From positions 1 through 64,000 of the forward strand of contig NW_021833039.1 in assembly GCF_006345805.1 (NCBI RefSeq): 64,000 nt of DNA, in the 5' to 3' direction. How positions within the stretch are numbered: the stretch's first letter is position 1; each line of letters opens with the position of its first letter. Source of the stretch: Octopus sinensis (taxonomy: Eukaryota). A model generated the notes under the pieces. That model did no database searches. It was not told where the DNA came from and saw only the letters and a list, made by a program, of their open reading frames with translations. Both the position numbers and the translations under genes were made by a program. Below, one piece after another: positions 61,408-64,000 of the stretch.

Positions 61408-63897
61408 TTAGTGATCATACAGTCGGGAGTATCGGGCGAGTGTCCACAGAGGGAACACATTCCGGTAACTGTTGTAGGAAATGGCACAATTCTCGTTGAA
61501 CACTCCCGACACGTTTTCCTACACTATTTGCCCCACTCCACCTGCGGCCAATCCCCGTTCGGGAGTTGTCGACTCTTCAGGAGGGACACGCCCCTTTCGA
61601 TGACGGACACATTGGGGAACCTACAATGTGGACAACTCCTACTTGACAGCCATCAGTCCCAGCAGGACGAAGGACGTGTTGACGACCTGCGAGGTGGAGG
61701 ACGACACGTACTTCCTCAACTCACAACTCTCGAATTCCTCCCCCCACCCTCCGTCGGCCAACTGTCTCTCCAACATGAAGACAACTCCCTTGGTCAACTC
61801 CAGCAGGGGGGCACTGCAATGGTCGGCCTACACTCACCCGTCCACACACGTCCTCCCGTACTCCCCAAAGAACTCCATGGCGAACCAGAAGGCGTAGGTG
61901 AAGCACACTCCCCACGACCTACGATGAGGGAGGACACCCACCCAATCCACGACCCGTCCGGCCTCTGCTTCTTTCGGATAAAGTCAAAGCCGGCATCGAC
62001 CACCCTCCTGACAGGTGAGTGCCACACACAACTTGATGTCCTCTCCTCGGTAGTCGGGGAACTCCCTGTGGAACTTGAGGAGTCCTCTGAGGGCAGCACT
62101 CGTGCACTCCACGAAGGTGTAGTCGATCATTATATTCCCAAACACCTCCGAAGGGTTGAACAACTCCAGCAGGCGTCCCCCTCGCTGTCTCTCGTAGGAG
62201 GCGAATCCCCCGTCCCCACAAACCATGTCCATAATCTGTCGTCGAGTGAGGGGAGTACACAGTCCACGCAGTCTCTCAGTCTCCCCAATCCCGCCTGAGG
62301 GAGGCAACTATATTTCCTGCACAGAACAAGAAGAGCCAGTCCCTCCCCAGTGCAGTCACTGATTATGTACGAGTAGTCGTTAGTCGAGAAGGGAAACCCC
62401 CCTTTATTCCGCTGGCGATAGAACTTGGCATAGTCGGGGGGGTTGTCCTCGATTTGCGAGTCAATCACCCACTCCACTCCTCTTCTCACACTCTCCACTA
62501 TTTCCGGGTGGTCCTCCATGTCCTTCATCTACCAAACACACGGCCTCCTCAACCTCCAACATGGCCAGACATGCAAACACGGTGTCCCAGAACTGAGACC
62601 CGTTCGTCCCCTGCGAGTGAGCCCGACCAGTACCCCCATTTTCATGCCGTCCACCCCCAGCCACAAAAAGTCGTCCAGTCGGTCGACGTGTCTCTGAAAG
62701 GCCAGCATGTCCCCCCTGTGCCACCGGACGAGCATGTTCATGCACTTGGATATCTGCCAGTCAACACACAACCCCACCGGCCCCACTCCGATGTAGTCCG
62801 TGAACGTGTCCTCCGCACAGATATGCTCGTATATCACTTCCAAACTCCTCTTCCGGATGGACGGCCAGTGGAGTGCCTCGTACAGGTTGGCCAGTCCGTG
62901 GAAGCAGCGAAGGGGGAGGGAGTGAGGAGTGTACAGGTCACTCTCGGCCACGTTCATTCGATTGGCAGTCCACTGAATTGGCTCGAATGGGCCATCGGGG
63001 AATAACTCCTGGAATAGGAGAGGAAGGCAACCGATCGGAGTTGGAGGATGAGGTCGTCGAGGGGGGCAGTGATCCTGAGGGCATAGCAGTAGCTCATAGC
63101 AATGTAGATGACTCGACAGTGACACCACATCTTGGACGGGTGGAATGGCAACCACTCGGGGAGGAGCCTTCCTTTACTCGAATAGGCCAACCACAACTCG
63201 GGGAGGACTGCGTTGAATCCATCCCAATCATAGCAATTGAGCACTCCCAACCAAAACTTGCCCCAACTGGGAATTCCCAGAGTGCCCCCCAGTCGAGCCA
63301 CAACAGCTCTGCCTCTGCACATGATGTCCTCCCCACTCTCCACTCCCAGCAGACGGAGGGACACGTAGTTCAGCACAGTCCCCAGCACTGTGGGCGGGGA
63401 ACAGATGTGTCTACTCTTAATTGGAGGAATCGTACAGTCCCCACCCACCCGACGGACACTCGACTGACCGCAGATATCGAATCATCTCCGCCTTCTTCTC
63501 CGCACACAGTTCGACCTTTGTGATGTAGCACACAATGAGCATTCCTTCCGTGTGGGGGGAGACCAACCAGCCATCAGGAAGAGTGGCCCGCCGTAGTCGT
63601 ACGCCCAATGTCCATCAGTCGCCTGAATGGCTCGCATGAAGAGTGCTGCGTGTTCGGCATGTTCTCCCGCTGTCGTGGGGTGTCTCGCTGTCGTCATGTC
63701 TTGGATGCTCAGCCCCACCGAGTGTCTCTCCAAAATGCTCTGCTGTTCGACATTGTCCTGTGGGTAGTAGAACCACCGCTGTCGTCCTTCCAATTATATC
63801 CTCCCCACCTACCGCGCTCGCAAAGCAGTCTCCACCGAGTCAGGTCAGTCGCCGGCTCCGTTTTGTGCGGCCCTCCGTAATTTCGTTCTCTCGACAT
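61408..63897 (-). CDS. LSS: 2,3-oxidosqualene cyclase (lanosterol synthase family)
   Basis: [41 protein letters not shown], catalytic SDCTGE, QW repeats and C-terminal [13 protein letters not shown]; tiny introns. Confidence 0.95.
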
Positions 63898-64000
63898 CAC
63901 GCTAAGAGACTATTTGTCTATTTTAGATAGTATTGTTTTTATCACTAATTTATTTTCGTTTAAACAAAATTTAATGATTAATACTTTAACGAATCTTTTC

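Noticed and set aside
53300-63930. Many long overlapping or antisense ORFs over UBR, CaMKII and OSC
   Set aside because: Expected shadows of GC-rich coding sequence, and frame hops caused by tiny introns.
1-64000. Prokaryotic or viral origin, or an alternative genetic code
   Set aside because: Spliceosomal introns and metazoan genes are present throughout; in-frame stops in conserved genes all resolve as introns under the standard code.

Overview
Eukaryotic, intron-containing animal DNA (Smad MH1+MH2, ShK domains, CaMKII, NFIL3-type bZIP). Nearly every intron I could reconstruct is only 19-30 nt, mostly 22-25 nt. My best guess for the source is a dicyemid mesozoan, the animal group known for such introns; this is inference only. 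The window has four zones. (1) 1-10.1 kb: compact GC-rich gene block (F-BAR, ELAV-like, BAH-domain, bZIP, HP1, MCEE, TTC27) with two LINE RT relics. (2) 10.16-19.58 kb: about 56 copies of a 169-bp satellite with an approximately 6-monomer higher-order pattern. (3) 19.6-39 kb: AT-rich nested transposon field. It holds a 2-kb inverted duplication around a complete non-autonomous Helitron, a TGT..ACA element with a 5-bp TSD, two Tc1 elements, several hAT elements, CRE, Merlin and LINE pieces. (4) 39.8-64 kb: gene block (ShK protein, Smad4-like, a degenerate PI3K-like gene, U2AF1, tetraspanin, RNF8-like, DLST, UBR-family E3, CaMKII, oxidosqualene cyclase) with two more LINE relics. The most notable signals are the ultra-short introns (including a GC-AG intron, an apparent GT-TG intron and a 10-nt microexon), operon-like spacing with YAG next to many start codons, an oxidosqualene cyclase with a hybrid product-specificity signature, and the higher-order satellite beside the inverted duplication. 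Gene models were spliced by eye and protein identities come from motif recall, not database searches. Scattered 1-nt homopolymer indels suggest an imperfectly polished assembly.
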